Below are positions 20,916 to 32,656 of a DNA stretch of 61,209 bases, in pieces (position 1 is the stretch's first letter; every line of letters begins with the position of its first letter). A model generated the notes under the pieces. It saw only the letters and a program-made list of their open reading frames with translations. It ran no database searches and had not been told where the DNA came from. The stretch is from Acholeplasmataceae bacterium (GTDB lineage Bacteria > Bacillota_I > Bacilli_A > ML615J-28 > CAG-698). The position numbers were made by a program, and so were the translations under genes. The stretch covers positions 1-61,209 of the forward strand of contig JAAYBG010000005.1 in NCBI GenBank assembly GCA_012718985.1, in the 5' to 3' direction.

Positions 20916-21053
20916 ATGAAAGATAAGAAAAAAAATAAGAAAAAACCTGCTCAACCTGCTGTAAAGATTGAAAAAGAATCTCATGTCGATGAGAAACCAA
21001 AAACCGTTGCAACAAGTGACAAGTCAAAACAAAAACAAGCACAAAAAAAATAA
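20916..21053 (+). CDS. 45-aa lysine-rich basic microprotein (hypothetical)
   Basis: Below the ORF-track cutoff. AAGGAGGG lies 7 nt before the ATG. It translates to MKDKKKNKKKPAQPAVKIEKESHVDEKPKTVATSDKSKQKQAQKK and is followed by its own terminator. Confidence 0.5.
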   Translation: MKDKKKNKKKPAQPAVKIEKESHVDEKPKTVATSDKSKQKQAQKK

Positions 21054-21068
21054 AAGTTAACTTTTTTT

Positions 21069-21092
21069 CTCGACTAGCGGTCGAGTTTTTTT
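21069..21092 (+). terminator. terminator after the microprotein ORF
   Basis: CTCGAC-tagcg-GTCGAG followed by T7. Confidence 0.75.
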
Positions 21093-21102
21093 ATTTTCCA
21101 AA

Positions 21103-21129
21103 CAAAAAAAGCGCCGATTAGCGCTTTTA
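21103..21129 (-). terminator. terminator after ftsZ
   Basis: The minus strand reads TAAAAGCGC-taatcg-GCGCTTTTTTT. The hairpin starts at the ftsZ stop codon. Confidence 0.7.
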
Positions 21130-22269
21130 TTTGAAACGATTACTTAACCAATGAGGTAATTTTGGATTTGCCTTATCGCGTTCTACTTTTCCTTCTTCCA
21201 TAGGACTCTTTTGTCTTTCAACAACTGGCGCACCATCTTCACCAACAATGATTTCTTTTTTACCTGGTTCTGGTGTTTGTTTTCCAAAATATACAACATT
21301 TTCATCTTCGTTATTACTTGGTGAATCAAATCCGGTTGCAATTACAGTAACAATTAATTCATCGTCGATATCTACATTGAAACCAGTACCACAAATCAAA
21401 TCGATTTCTGTATTAGAAGCACCGCGAATTTCTTCCATAACATCAACAACTTCTTGCATACCAATATTTACACTACTAGTAATAAATACAATAGCATCTG
21501 TTGCTCCATTAATATCGATTTCTAACAATGGGCTTCTAACAGCTTTACGTGCAGCTTCCACAGCACGATTTGGACCTTGACCAATTCCAATACCCATTAA
21601 AGCAGTACCCTTATCTTTCATAACGTTACGAACATCGGCAAAATCGACATTGATTAAGCCAGGAACAGTAACAATTTCCGCAATTCCTTGAACACCACGA
21701 CGTAATACATTATCCACTTCTTTAAAAGCTTCCAATAATGGCGTTGTACGATCAGTCATATTCAATAACTTGTCATTAGGAACAACAATTAAAGTATCTA
21801 CATATGGTTTTAACTGTTCTAGTCCAACTTTTGCTTGAGCTAATCTTTTTCTCCCTTCAAATGAGAAAGGTTTTGTAACAATACCCACAGTAAGGCATCC
21901 CAATTCACGGGCAATACGAGCAACCACCGGAGAAGCTCCAGTACCTGTTCCACCACCCATACCTGCAGTTATAAACACCATATCACTACCGCGGAGTATA
22001 TCTTTAATTTCTTCTTCACTTTCTTGTGCAGCTTTTAAACCAATACTTGGATCTGCTCCGGCACCTAATCCCTTGGTCAATTGCTTACCAATTTGCAATC
22101 TTGTCTCTGCTTTAGATAAGCGAAGAACCTGGGCATCAGTATTTATAACGACAAAATCAACGCCTTTTACATCGTTTTCAATCATTCTATTGACCGCATT
22201 ACCGCCGCCCCCACCGACACCTACAACCTTTATTATCGGTTTTTCATCAAATGTTTCTTGACTATTCAT
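21127..22269 (-). CDS. ftsZ: cell division protein FtsZ
   Basis: Tubulin signature [13 protein letters not shown], an N-terminal [11 protein letters not shown], and a C-terminal peptide [11 protein letters not shown]. Confidence 0.97.
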   Translation of the reverse strand: MNSQETFDEKPIIKVVGVGGGGGNAVNRMIENDVKGVDFVVINTDAQVLRLSKAETRLQIGKQLTKGLGAGADPSIGLKAAQESEEEIKDILRGSDMVFITAGMGGGTGTGASPVVARIARELGCLTVGIVTKPFSFEGRKRLAQAKVGLEQLKPYVDTLIVVPNDKLLNMTDRTTPLLEAFKEVDNVLRRGVQGIAEIVTVPGLINVDFADVRNVMKDKGTALMGIGIGQGPNRAVEAARKAVRSPLLEIDINGATDAIVFITSSVNIGMQEVVDVMEEIRGASNTEIDLICGTGFNVDIDDELIVTVIATGFDSPSNNEDENVVYFGKQTPEPGKKEIIVGEDGAPVVERQKSPMEEGKVERDKANPKLPHWLSNRFK

Positions 22270-22425
22270 AATCTCCTCCTCGAGTAGCTAGTATCTAACA
22301 TATATATTATAACATTATCTTTTCAAAAAATAAACTCAATTTTAATTTTTTTTAAATATAATCACAATTACATAAATTTTATCACACATCATTAAAAATG
22401 ACAATTGTTTTGTGAATGACTATTT

Positions 22426-23286
22426 TTATCTTTTCTTTTTAGGTACAGTTAGAATTAAATCCTGATATAAAACTCTCTTGCCTTTGATGCGTTTTAAAAC
22501 TAAAAATAAAATTCCAGCGATAATAAAAACAATAGACATCACAAAACTAACCCGAATATTTCCAATTAGAAGCACTTCACCTTCATGTCTAAAGGATTCG
22601 GTAATTGCTCTGACAATTCCATACCAAATCAAATAAAACCCTAAAAAGTCACCACTTTCCAGACGTTTTGCTTTTCTTCGTAAAATTAATATCATGATTA
22701 ATCCAATAAAATTTAACCCTGATTCATATAAGAACATAGGATGATAATAGCCTTCTGTTAACCCTGGTAACAGATATCCTCCTGAAATATACATATTATT
22801 GGTAATGAATTTTGGAAATATTTTTTGAAATAGGTCAACATTATCAACCATTTGGCCATATAATTCATGGTTACAAAAATTACCCCAACGCCCGACTATT
22901 TGACCGATTAACAATCCCGGTGCTAAAAGATCGAATACTTTGTATGGACTTACCTTCTTTTTATAGCAGTATACCAAAACAAAGACAATAGCGACAAGGA
23001 CTCCTCCTTGAATGGCTAATCCGGAAAAACCTCCTTTTAAGCCAATCACCTCGGCAAAAGAATCAAAAGAATCTAAATTGAACAACACATACCATAACCG
23101 AGCACCAATCATCGCCAGTGGTAAGCAAATAATTAACCCAGTATAGATGAAATCTTCATCAATTCCCATTCTTTTCCCTTCTTGTAAACCCATAAACAAA
23201 GCGATTAAAACTCCAACAACAATTAAAATACCATACCAACGAACTTCTAATTTTCCTATTTCAAAGGCAACTGGATCTATCCACAT
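22426..23286 (-). CDS. lgt: phosphatidylglycerol-prolipoprotein diacylglyceryl transferase
   Basis: A polytopic membrane protein with the Lgt signature GRWGNFCNHELYG and YHPMFLYES. Confidence 0.9.
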   Translation of the reverse strand: MWIDPVAFEIGKLEVRWYGILIVVGVLIALFMGLQEGKRMGIDEDFIYTGLIICLPLAMIGARLWYVLFNLDSFDSFAEVIGLKGGFSGLAIQGGVLVAIVFVLVYCYKKKVSPYKVFDLLAPGLLIGQIVGRWGNFCNHELYGQMVDNVDLFQKIFPKFITNNMYISGGYLLPGLTEGYYHPMFLYESGLNFIGLIMILILRRKAKRLESGDFLGFYLIWYGIVRAITESFRHEGEVLLIGNIRVSFVMSIVFIIAGILFLVLKRIKGKRVLYQDLILTVPKKKR

Positions 23287-23362
23287 AATTAATTTTCCTC
23301 ATAAGAATTTTTACTATTGATATTATACCATAATAATTACAACTACTCAATACAAAAAGCCA

Positions 23363-25439
<2,077 letters not shown>

Positions 25440-25443
25440 TCAT

Positions 25444-26463
25444 CTATTTAATAAACATCGCATCTCCAAATGAAAAGAAACGATATTTATTATCTATTGC
25501 CTCTTGATAGGCATGTTTTACATATTCCAATTTTGAAAACGCACTAACCAACATAATAAGTGTTGATTTTGGCAAGTGAAAATTCGTAATCAATTGATCT
25601 ACAACTTGAAACTGATAGCCAGGGTAGATAAAAATATCTGTATCCTCACTAACTTCAACAAACTTATGATACTTCTGATAAATTGATTCCAATGTTCTTG
25701 TTGAAGTAGTGCCTACACTGATGATTGTTTTTCCTTGTTCTTTTGCATCATTTAGGATATCTGCTACTTCTTGTGACATAAAGTAATGTTCGCTGTGCAT
25801 TTTATGTTCTTCGACTGTTTCACTAGTAACTGCTCGAAAAGTTCCTAAACCAATATGTAGGGTAACATAGCAAATGGTTACTCGCTTTTCCTGTAATTTT
25901 TCAAGCAACTCTTTTGTGAAATGCAGACCTGCTGTTGGAGCAGCTGCACTTCCTAAGGTCGTTGCATAAACCGTCTGATAACGATTCTGATCTTTAAGTT
26001 TTTGATGAATGTATGGTGGAAGCGGCATTTCTCCTAATTGTTCTAACTTTTCAAGAAAAATACCTTCATAAGTAAACGTCACATGACAAAATCCATCCTC
26101 ATACTTACGAATAATCGTCGCTTCTAAAAGATTATTGAAATTGATTTTTGTCCCCACCTTCACTCTTCGTGCTGGTTTTACTAATGCTTCCCAATATCCT
26201 TCCTTTTCTCTCAACAATAAAAGTTCGATATTGGCATCAGTTTCTCTTTTTTTTCCATAAATGCGCGAAGGCAATACTTTCGTATTATTTAAAACCATAA
26301 CGGAATGTTCAGGAATCAAATCAACAATATCGGAAAAAACATGATGGCTCAATTTTCCACTCAATCTATCCATAACCAATAGTCGTGAACTACTGCGATC
26401 TAAAAGAGGTGTTTGAGCAATTAGCTCTTCCGGTAAAAAATAATCAAATTCTTCTACTCTCAT
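25444..26463 (-). CDS. queA: S-adenosylmethionine:tRNA ribosyltransferase-isomerase
   Basis: MRVEEFDYFLPEELIAQTPL N-terminus and the ruvB-queA-tgt order. Confidence 0.93.
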   Translation of the reverse strand: MRVEEFDYFLPEELIAQTPLLDRSSSRLLVMDRLSGKLSHHVFSDIVDLIPEHSVMVLNNTKVLPSRIYGKKRETDANIELLLLREKEGYWEALVKPARRVKVGTKINFNNLLEATIIRKYEDGFCHVTFTYEGIFLEKLEQLGEMPLPPYIHQKLKDQNRYQTVYATTLGSAAAPTAGLHFTKELLEKLQEKRVTICYVTLHIGLGTFRAVTSETVEEHKMHSEHYFMSQEVADILNDAKEQGKTIISVGTTSTRTLESIYQKYHKFVEVSEDTDIFIYPGYQFQVVDQLITNFHLPKSTLIMLVSAFSKLEYVKHAYQEAIDNKYRFFSFGDAMFIK

Positions 26464-27455
26464 TTTTCTTTTCCCAAATGACGATAAGCTTTTTCCGTCA
26501 CCATCCTACCACGAGGAGTTCGAACAATAAATCCTTCTTGAAGAAGATAAGGTTCGGTCACATCTTCTAAAGTAGTAGGATCTTCCGAGATAGAAGCAGC
26601 AATGGCATTTAACCCAACAGGTCCACCATTAAATCTATCAATAATCGCATTCATATATCTATAATCCGTTTGATCTAAACCAGCTTCATCAATATCCAAT
26701 TTTATAAGTGATGTTTTAGTGATATTTAAGGGGATTATTTTACATTCAGGATTATCAAATTGAGCAAAATCACGTACTCTTTTAAATAAACGATTGGCAA
26801 TTCTCGGTGTACCACGCGACCTTCTAGCAATTTCTAAAGAACTCTCTTCATCAATCTCAAAATTATAGATTCTTGAAGTTCTTTTTACAATACTCTGTAA
26901 TTCATTTATTTTATAATAGTTTAATTGGTGAACAATACCAAAACGATCGCGTAGAGGACTAGAAATATCTCCATATCTTGTCGTTGCCCCAATTAAAGTA
27001 AATGGCATCAGGTTAATTTTCACTGGATTTGCTGTCACATCTTTACCAATAATAATATCAACAAAATAATCTTCCATGGCAGAATACAAAACTTCTTCAA
27101 TGACTTGGGGTAAACGATGGATTTCATCGATAAAAAGAATATCTCCTTCCTCCAATTCCGTTAACAATGTCACCAAATCACCAATTCTAGTTAAACTTGG
27201 AGCAGATGCAGTATGACATTTTTTCCCCATTTCATTAGCAATAATATTAGCCAAGGTTGTTTTCCCTAATCCTGGAGGTCCATATAGTAAAACATGGTCA
27301 AGGCTTTCTTCACGCTGACGAGCTGTTGTAATAAATACATGGAGCATTTCTTTTATATCTTCTTGGCCAATATAGTCTACTAATCGCTTTGGACGCAAAC
27401 TTTTATCATATTCTGCAAACAGCAATTCTTCATTATTCATTTTTTCACTCTCCAA
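26460..27455 (-). CDS. ruvB: Holliday junction branch migration ATPase RuvB
   Basis: Walker A GPPGLGKTT, Walker B/sensor FIDEIHRL, and RGTPRIANRL. Confidence 0.96.
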   Translation of the reverse strand: MESEKMNNEELLFAEYDKSLRPKRLVDYIGQEDIKEMLHVFITTARQREESLDHVLLYGPPGLGKTTLANIIANEMGKKCHTASAPSLTRIGDLVTLLTELEEGDILFIDEIHRLPQVIEEVLYSAMEDYFVDIIIGKDVTANPVKINLMPFTLIGATTRYGDISSPLRDRFGIVHQLNYYKINELQSIVKRTSRIYNFEIDEESSLEIARRSRGTPRIANRLFKRVRDFAQFDNPECKIIPLNITKTSLIKLDIDEAGLDQTDYRYMNAIIDRFNGGPVGLNAIAASISEDPTTLEDVTEPYLLQEGFIVRTPRGRMVTEKAYRHLGKEK

Positions 27456-27517
27456 ACTTTTTAATTGGCAATTACTTTATTCTATGCTATAATTAATCAT
27501 AACTTGATAGCAAGGCG

Positions 27518-28090
27518 GTGGTTGATTTGTATAATTATATCAAGGGAAAAGTTACTCTTGTAAAGGGGAACTATATCGTTTTAGAAAATAACGACATTGG
27601 TTACCAAATTAAAACAGCAAATCCTTTTAAATTTGAAACTGATACGATAATCACGCTCTGGACCTATTTACATGTCCGCGAAGAAATCATGGATATTTAT
27701 GGGTTTACCACTCCGGAAGAACGAGATTTCTTTCTTCAGTTAATCAGCGTGAAAGGCTTGGGTCCAAAAGGAGCACTAGCAATTATCGCCAGTGATAGTA
27801 TAGAAAAAGTCATCCATGCCATCAAAAATAGTGATACAAAATATCTACAGCGTTTCCCTGGTATTGGCGTCAAGGCTAGTCAACAAATTATTCTCGACCT
27901 TCATGGCAAAATCAACTTTGGTGAGGATAAAACCAGCGAAGATCCAAAGATTGGTTATATTACTGAAGCCCTAAAAGCTATGGGCTACCGCCAAAATGAA
28001 ATAAAATCAGTAACCCCTATTATTGAAAAGAACCTTGATCAACCAACAGCAACGCTAATTAAAATTGTCCTTAAAAGCTTAAGTAAGTAA
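27518..28090 (+). CDS. ruvA: Holliday junction DNA-binding protein RuvA
   Basis: YIKGKV N-terminus and two HhH motifs (VKGLGPKGALAI, FPGIGVKASQQI). The start could be GTG 27518 or TTG 27527. Confidence 0.88.
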   Translation: MVDLYNYIKGKVTLVKGNYIVLENNDIGYQIKTANPFKFETDTIITLWTYLHVREEIMDIYGFTTPEERDFFLQLISVKGLGPKGALAIIASDSIEKVIHAIKNSDTKYLQRFPGIGVKASQQIILDLHGKINFGEDKTSEDPKIGYITEALKAMGYRQNEIKSVTPIIEKNLDQPTATLIKIVLKSLSK

Positions 28091-29818
28091 TCTCAATTTA
28101 TTTCTTAATACACGCTCTTCTTTTTTAATATGATCATTAAACTCCTTGAATAACCGTTTTTGTTTGTATTTTATACTATGATTTCTATTTTTCAACAATC
28201 GCTGAACAGTTTTATTAATGACAACTGTTCTTTTTTTATTTTCTGTTTCTAATTTTCGAATCGCTTTGCTATTTTTTTTGATGAACACGCGACAACGATG
28301 ATCAATATCATCCATACTTACATCATATACAGCGTGAGCGGTAACTGAATGGGCCTTTATCCTCTCTTGTAGATTACTATACAGGGAAAGTAAAGTTTCT
28401 TTTTGTGTTTCATCCTTTATATTTATTTTTTCATAGCCAAATTTGTAAATATCGAATTCATAATTAGCTTGAGTTAATAATAGTTTGTTATATTGCAATC
28501 GGGAAATATCTGCTTGAAAGATAACATCCAATTGACTTTGCATTTGCATCAAAAGTTGATAGGTTACATCTAAGTAATTATCATATAGTCTTGCTTCATT
28601 GTTATAAAGCAATGTGAGACAATCATTAATGTTTTCTTTAATATTTTCTTTACTACGATGGCGTTTATAAGCAATGTAGCGAGAAATTTCATCAAACTTT
28701 GCGAAGATATTATCACGATACTGGACGATTTTATCATTCAAACTATTAAAGCAACTTTCAAATAAATCCTTTATTTCAACAATCAAATCGATCATCGCTT
28801 CAATCACTCTACAATAAGGATTATATTGATTACTAATCTTACAAACAATAATGATTTCTGATAACCTGATGATTAAATTTTCAAAAACAATTCCTACATC
28901 TTCATAATTCATTAATTTATCATTATGATTTTTGATTAATTCTAAACAAGCTAATTTTTTTTCTAAAATCGAGTCACAATTTTGTGATTCTTTTTCTAAA
29001 TCATATAAAAAGTCCTTCGCAATATCTTCATATCGAAGAGTCTCCAGTTTTAATTTTTGATTGTTCAGCTCTATTTCTGTTTCAAAATCCAATTGTTTAT
29101 CAATTACAGATTGCTTTTCCGTTTCAGTAAGAATCAACATTTGTTCTTCCCTAATTTTTGTTAGATGAGAGCATTTACAAACAAATTGTTCGTGAAATCC
29201 TTTTTTATAAATATTATTTAACTGTGTTTTTAATTTTTTTATCTCAGACAAATTATTTTCATTTAATAATACTAAATCAATCTCTCTATACTCTTCATTC
29301 ATTTTAGTTTCAATTTGACCAAGTTCTTTATTCATTTCTTTGGTGAAATCAGCAATGTTTTGTTGGTAGACTTTCAGGCTTTCTTGAAGTTTTTCCTCAT
29401 TGTCTTTTTGTTTTTGTTTATAGTCACGATTGAGAGTGTTAATACGATTATTCGCTTCTTGACGTTTCTTCCTTTGAGCTTGACTCCAAAGGAATAAATC
29501 TGCTTTTTTGGTTGGAGAAACTGTTTGCGAGTTGCTTATTTTTTCATAATCTTCGCGTCCTCCCAGATCAACTGCCAAAGAAATGACCCGATTCTTAATA
29601 ATAGGGATTAATTTTTCAACACTGTGTCCATTATGAATGATTCTTGTTTTAAAAGCTTGTAAAGAAACATTTTTATTTTCTAAAGATACCAAATAAGTGT
29701 CAATAATATTGGCTACATCTTTATCATTTTTCAGTTTCCGCTCATTGAAATAATCAATAAACTCGCTTTTAAAAGTATTCAATTGATTAATGATTGTCTT
29801 ATAATCCATATCAAACAC
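28079..29818 (-). CDS. hypothetical 579-aa all-helical / coiled-coil protein, no recognisable domain
   Basis: The long ORF starts 2 nt after the ffh stop, so it is probably co-transcribed with ftsY-ylxM-ffh. It is rich in Lys/Glu/Asn/Gln/Ile, with no TM segment, signal peptide or nucleotide-binding motif. Confidence 0.65.
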   Translation of the reverse strand: MFDMDYKTIINQLNTFKSEFIDYFNERKLKNDKDVANIIDTYLVSLENKNVSLQAFKTRIIHNGHSVEKLIPIIKNRVISLAVDLGGREDYEKISNSQTVSPTKKADLFLWSQAQRKKRQEANNRINTLNRDYKQKQKDNEEKLQESLKVYQQNIADFTKEMNKELGQIETKMNEEYREIDLVLLNENNLSEIKKLKTQLNNIYKKGFHEQFVCKCSHLTKIREEQMLILTETEKQSVIDKQLDFETEIELNNQKLKLETLRYEDIAKDFLYDLEKESQNCDSILEKKLACLELIKNHNDKLMNYEDVGIVFENLIIRLSEIIIVCKISNQYNPYCRVIEAMIDLIVEIKDLFESCFNSLNDKIVQYRDNIFAKFDEISRYIAYKRHRSKENIKENINDCLTLLYNNEARLYDNYLDVTYQLLMQMQSQLDVIFQADISRLQYNKLLLTQANYEFDIYKFGYEKINIKDETQKETLLSLYSNLQERIKAHSVTAHAVYDVSMDDIDHRCRVFIKKNSKAIRKLETENKKRTVVINKTVQRLLKNRNHSIKYKQKRLFKEFNDHIKKEERVLRNKLRLLT

Positions 29819-29820
29819 AT

Positions 29821-31221
29821 TTAGAAACGGAAATTACCTCTTCCCTTTCCTTTTCCCTTCTTTTGTTTTATTTGTGGTTGGAGAAATCCCCTTTGTTGGT
29901 GAGTTGCTAATTGATCGCTATTCATGTTCGATAGCATTTGCATTTGTCGTTTCATATCTTCGAATCTCTTGGTAAGAGCATTCACCTCAGGATATGGGCG
30001 ACCGGAACCTTTTGCTACACGCTCACGACGGGTAGAACTTCGTGCTAGTAATTCTGGATGTTGGCGTTCTTCTATCGTCATAGAAGATACAATCGCTTCA
30101 ATATACAGCAATTGTTTGTCATCGATTTCCATATTTTTAATTTGTTTCCCAATGCCAGGAAGCAACCCTAAGATTCCTTTTAAAGAGCCAATTCTTTTAA
30201 TCCATTTTATTTGTTTTACAAAATCATTGTAATCGAAAACACCTTTTTGCATTCTTTCAGCAATCTTCATCGCTTCTTCTTCGTTTACGGTATCTGTTGC
30301 TTTTTCAATAAGCGAAACAACATCACCCATTCCCAAAATTCTTCCTGCCATTCGATCTGGATGGAATACTTCAAGTTGGTCAAGTTTTTCACCAAGACCG
30401 ATAAACTTAATCGGAACATTTGTTAGATAACGAATCGATAAAGCAGCACCACCACGGGTATCTCCATCTAGTTTCGTTAGAATGCATCCCGTTAATGATA
30501 ATCTTTCATTGAAGGTAGTGATTACATTAATAGCATCTTGTCCCATCATTGCATCAATGGTCAGCATCACTTCATCAGGATGAGCAATTTTAGAAATTTC
30601 TTCCAATTCACTCATTAAATAATCATCGATATGAAGACGCCCTGCTGTATCAATAATCACTAAATCGTATCCTTTTGCCTTGGCAAACTCAATACCGCTG
30701 GTAACGATATCCACTACTTTTGTCGTTGTTCCTTTTTCAAAAACATCAATTCCCAATTGTTTGCCAATCGTCACTAATTGATTAATCGCTGCTGGTCGAT
30801 AGATATCGGCAGCAATTAACAGCGGTTTTCTATTATCCTTATTTCTTAAATAACTAGCCAATTTACCACAATGTGTCGTTTTACCTGCACCTTGAAGACC
30901 AACAAGCATAAATACAGAAGGTCCATGAGCACGATATTTCACCGGAACAGCTTCTTCCCCCATCAAAGCTTTTAATTCTTCATGAACGACTTTTACAACT
31001 TGTTCTCCAGGAGTTAACGATTTCATAATCTTTTCCCCTAAAGCTTTTTCTTTTACATCATTGGTAAATTTTTTTACAACTTTATAATTAACATCGGCTT
31101 CTAATAAAGAAAGACGAACTTCCTTCATCATCTCTTCGATGTCGTTTTCATTTAATTTTCCACGTCCTGTTATGCGACGCAAAGACATTTGTATCCTTTC
31201 GGATAAACTCTCAAATGGCAT
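29821..31221 (-). CDS. ffh: signal recognition particle protein Ffh (SRP54)
   Basis: GLQGAGKTT, DTAGR and TKLDGD GTPase motifs, a Met-rich M domain, and a basic C-terminal tail. Confidence 0.97.
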   Translation of the reverse strand: MPFESLSERIQMSLRRITGRGKLNENDIEEMMKEVRLSLLEADVNYKVVKKFTNDVKEKALGEKIMKSLTPGEQVVKVVHEELKALMGEEAVPVKYRAHGPSVFMLVGLQGAGKTTHCGKLASYLRNKDNRKPLLIAADIYRPAAINQLVTIGKQLGIDVFEKGTTTKVVDIVTSGIEFAKAKGYDLVIIDTAGRLHIDDYLMSELEEISKIAHPDEVMLTIDAMMGQDAINVITTFNERLSLTGCILTKLDGDTRGGAALSIRYLTNVPIKFIGLGEKLDQLEVFHPDRMAGRILGMGDVVSLIEKATDTVNEEEAMKIAERMQKGVFDYNDFVKQIKWIKRIGSLKGILGLLPGIGKQIKNMEIDDKQLLYIEAIVSSMTIEERQHPELLARSSTRRERVAKGSGRPYPEVNALTKRFEDMKRQMQMLSNMNSDQLATHQQRGFLQPQIKQKKGKGKGRGNFRF

Positions 31222-31229
31222 ATCATCAC

Positions 31230-31550
31230 CTATTCTATACTTTTCATTTTTTTAATTATGGCAATCACTTCAGGATTACTGCTATTTTTATATTCTTCAT
31301 ATATAGCGGTATATTGTTGGAACTTCTTATATAATCCCAATTTAGATTCATATTCTTCTAATATTCTATATATTTTTTGTAATTGATCAAAAATTGCATT
31401 ACGACTAACTCCATACACCGTAGCGATTTCAGCAAGTGAAGCATCCTCAAAATAATAGTCTTTAAAATATTGGCGTTGTTTTTCTGTTAGTAAATCACCA
31501 TAAAAATCGAACAAATTAATATAATACTCTTTTTTAGCAAGGATATCCAT
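31230..31550 (-). CDS. ylxM: UPF0122 helix-turn-helix protein YlxM
   Basis: About 106 aa, with LLTEKQRQYFKDYYFEDASLAEIA (sigma-70 region-4-like HTH). It holds the conserved position between ftsY and ffh seen in Firmicutes. Confidence 0.85.
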   Translation of the reverse strand: MDILAKKEYYINLFDFYGDLLTEKQRQYFKDYYFEDASLAEIATVYGVSRNAIFDQLQKIYRILEEYESKLGLYKKFQQYTAIYEEYKNSSNPEVIAIIKKMKSIE

Positions 31551-31552
31551 AG

Positions 31553-32527
31553 CTACTCCTCGTCGATCATTTCTGCAAACAATCCATAAATATATTTTTC
31601 TAAATCAAAATATTCTATATCTGTTAACTTTTCCCCCAAACAAACAAATTTTATAGGGATATTATATTTATCGCGAATGGCAAGAACAATTCCACCTTTT
31701 GCTGTACCATCCAATTTTGTCAGTACGACACCACTAACCTCGGTTGCTTCTATAAAAGCTTCTGCTTGAGCCAATCCATTTTGCCCCGTCGTTGCATCTA
31801 TTACCAGCAAGGTATCCTGAGGTGCTCCAGGTACTTCTCGAGCGATTACTTTCTTTATTTTTTCTAATTCTTTCATTAAATTTATTTTGGTTTGCAATCT
31901 TCCTGCTGTATCACACAATAAAACATCATATTTTTCTTTTTTCGCAACCATAATTGCTTCAAAAATAACACTGGAAGGGTCACTGCCTTCTACCTTTGTA
32001 ACTACAGGGCAGCCCGCTCTTTCCCCCCAAATTTGCAGTTGTTCAATGGCACCGGCACGAAAAGTATCCCCAGCTGCAATAAGCACTTTTTTCCCTTCCT
32101 TTTTTAATTTATTAGCAATCTTAGCGATAGTAGTCGTTTTTCCCACACCGTTGACACCTACAAATAAATAAACAGACAATCCATCAGGTTGGTAACGCAA
32201 ATTGGAATTAACTATTTCACCTTTTAAATAGATATCAAACATTTTATCGATAATAATTGGTTGCAATTCTTTAGCACTAGAAAGACCTTTTACACGGTCA
32301 TCAGCCTTCAACTCATCGATAAACTTTACAACTGTTTCAACACCAATATCGGCCATGACAAAAATTTCTTCTAATTCATCGAATAACTCTTCTGTAATTT
32401 CATTGTTTTTAGAAAAAAGATTCTTCAGTTTTGAAAAAACACCTTTGCGGGCTTTTTCCATACCAATACGATATTTTTCAGCTTCTTTTGCTTTCTGTTT
32501 ATTTTTAAAGATATTAAAAAACCCCAT
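31553..32527 (-). CDS. ftsY: signal recognition particle receptor FtsY
   Basis: GVNGVGKTT, DTAGR and TKLDGTAKGG motifs. Confidence 0.95.
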   Translation of the reverse strand: MGFFNIFKNKQKAKEAEKYRIGMEKARKGVFSKLKNLFSKNNEITEELFDELEEIFVMADIGVETVVKFIDELKADDRVKGLSSAKELQPIIIDKMFDIYLKGEIVNSNLRYQPDGLSVYLFVGVNGVGKTTTIAKIANKLKKEGKKVLIAAGDTFRAGAIEQLQIWGERAGCPVVTKVEGSDPSSVIFEAIMVAKKEKYDVLLCDTAGRLQTKINLMKELEKIKKVIAREVPGAPQDTLLVIDATTGQNGLAQAEAFIEATEVSGVVLTKLDGTAKGGIVLAIRDKYNIPIKFVCLGEKLTDIEYFDLEKYIYGLFAEMIDEE

Positions 32528-32631
32528 TAATTTCTCCTCAATTATGATTTTTATTTTAATTAAAACTATCTTTTATTATAACATATTTTCTTCAAAATAT
32601 AAATATCTACAATGGTCTTTTTTAAAGAAAA

Positions 32632-32656
32632 TGACAAAAAAAGGCTAAAAAGCCTT
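32632..32656 (-). terminator. terminator after cinA
   Basis: The minus strand reads AAGGCT-tttt-AGCCTT followed by T7. The hairpin includes the cinA stop codon. Confidence 0.7.
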
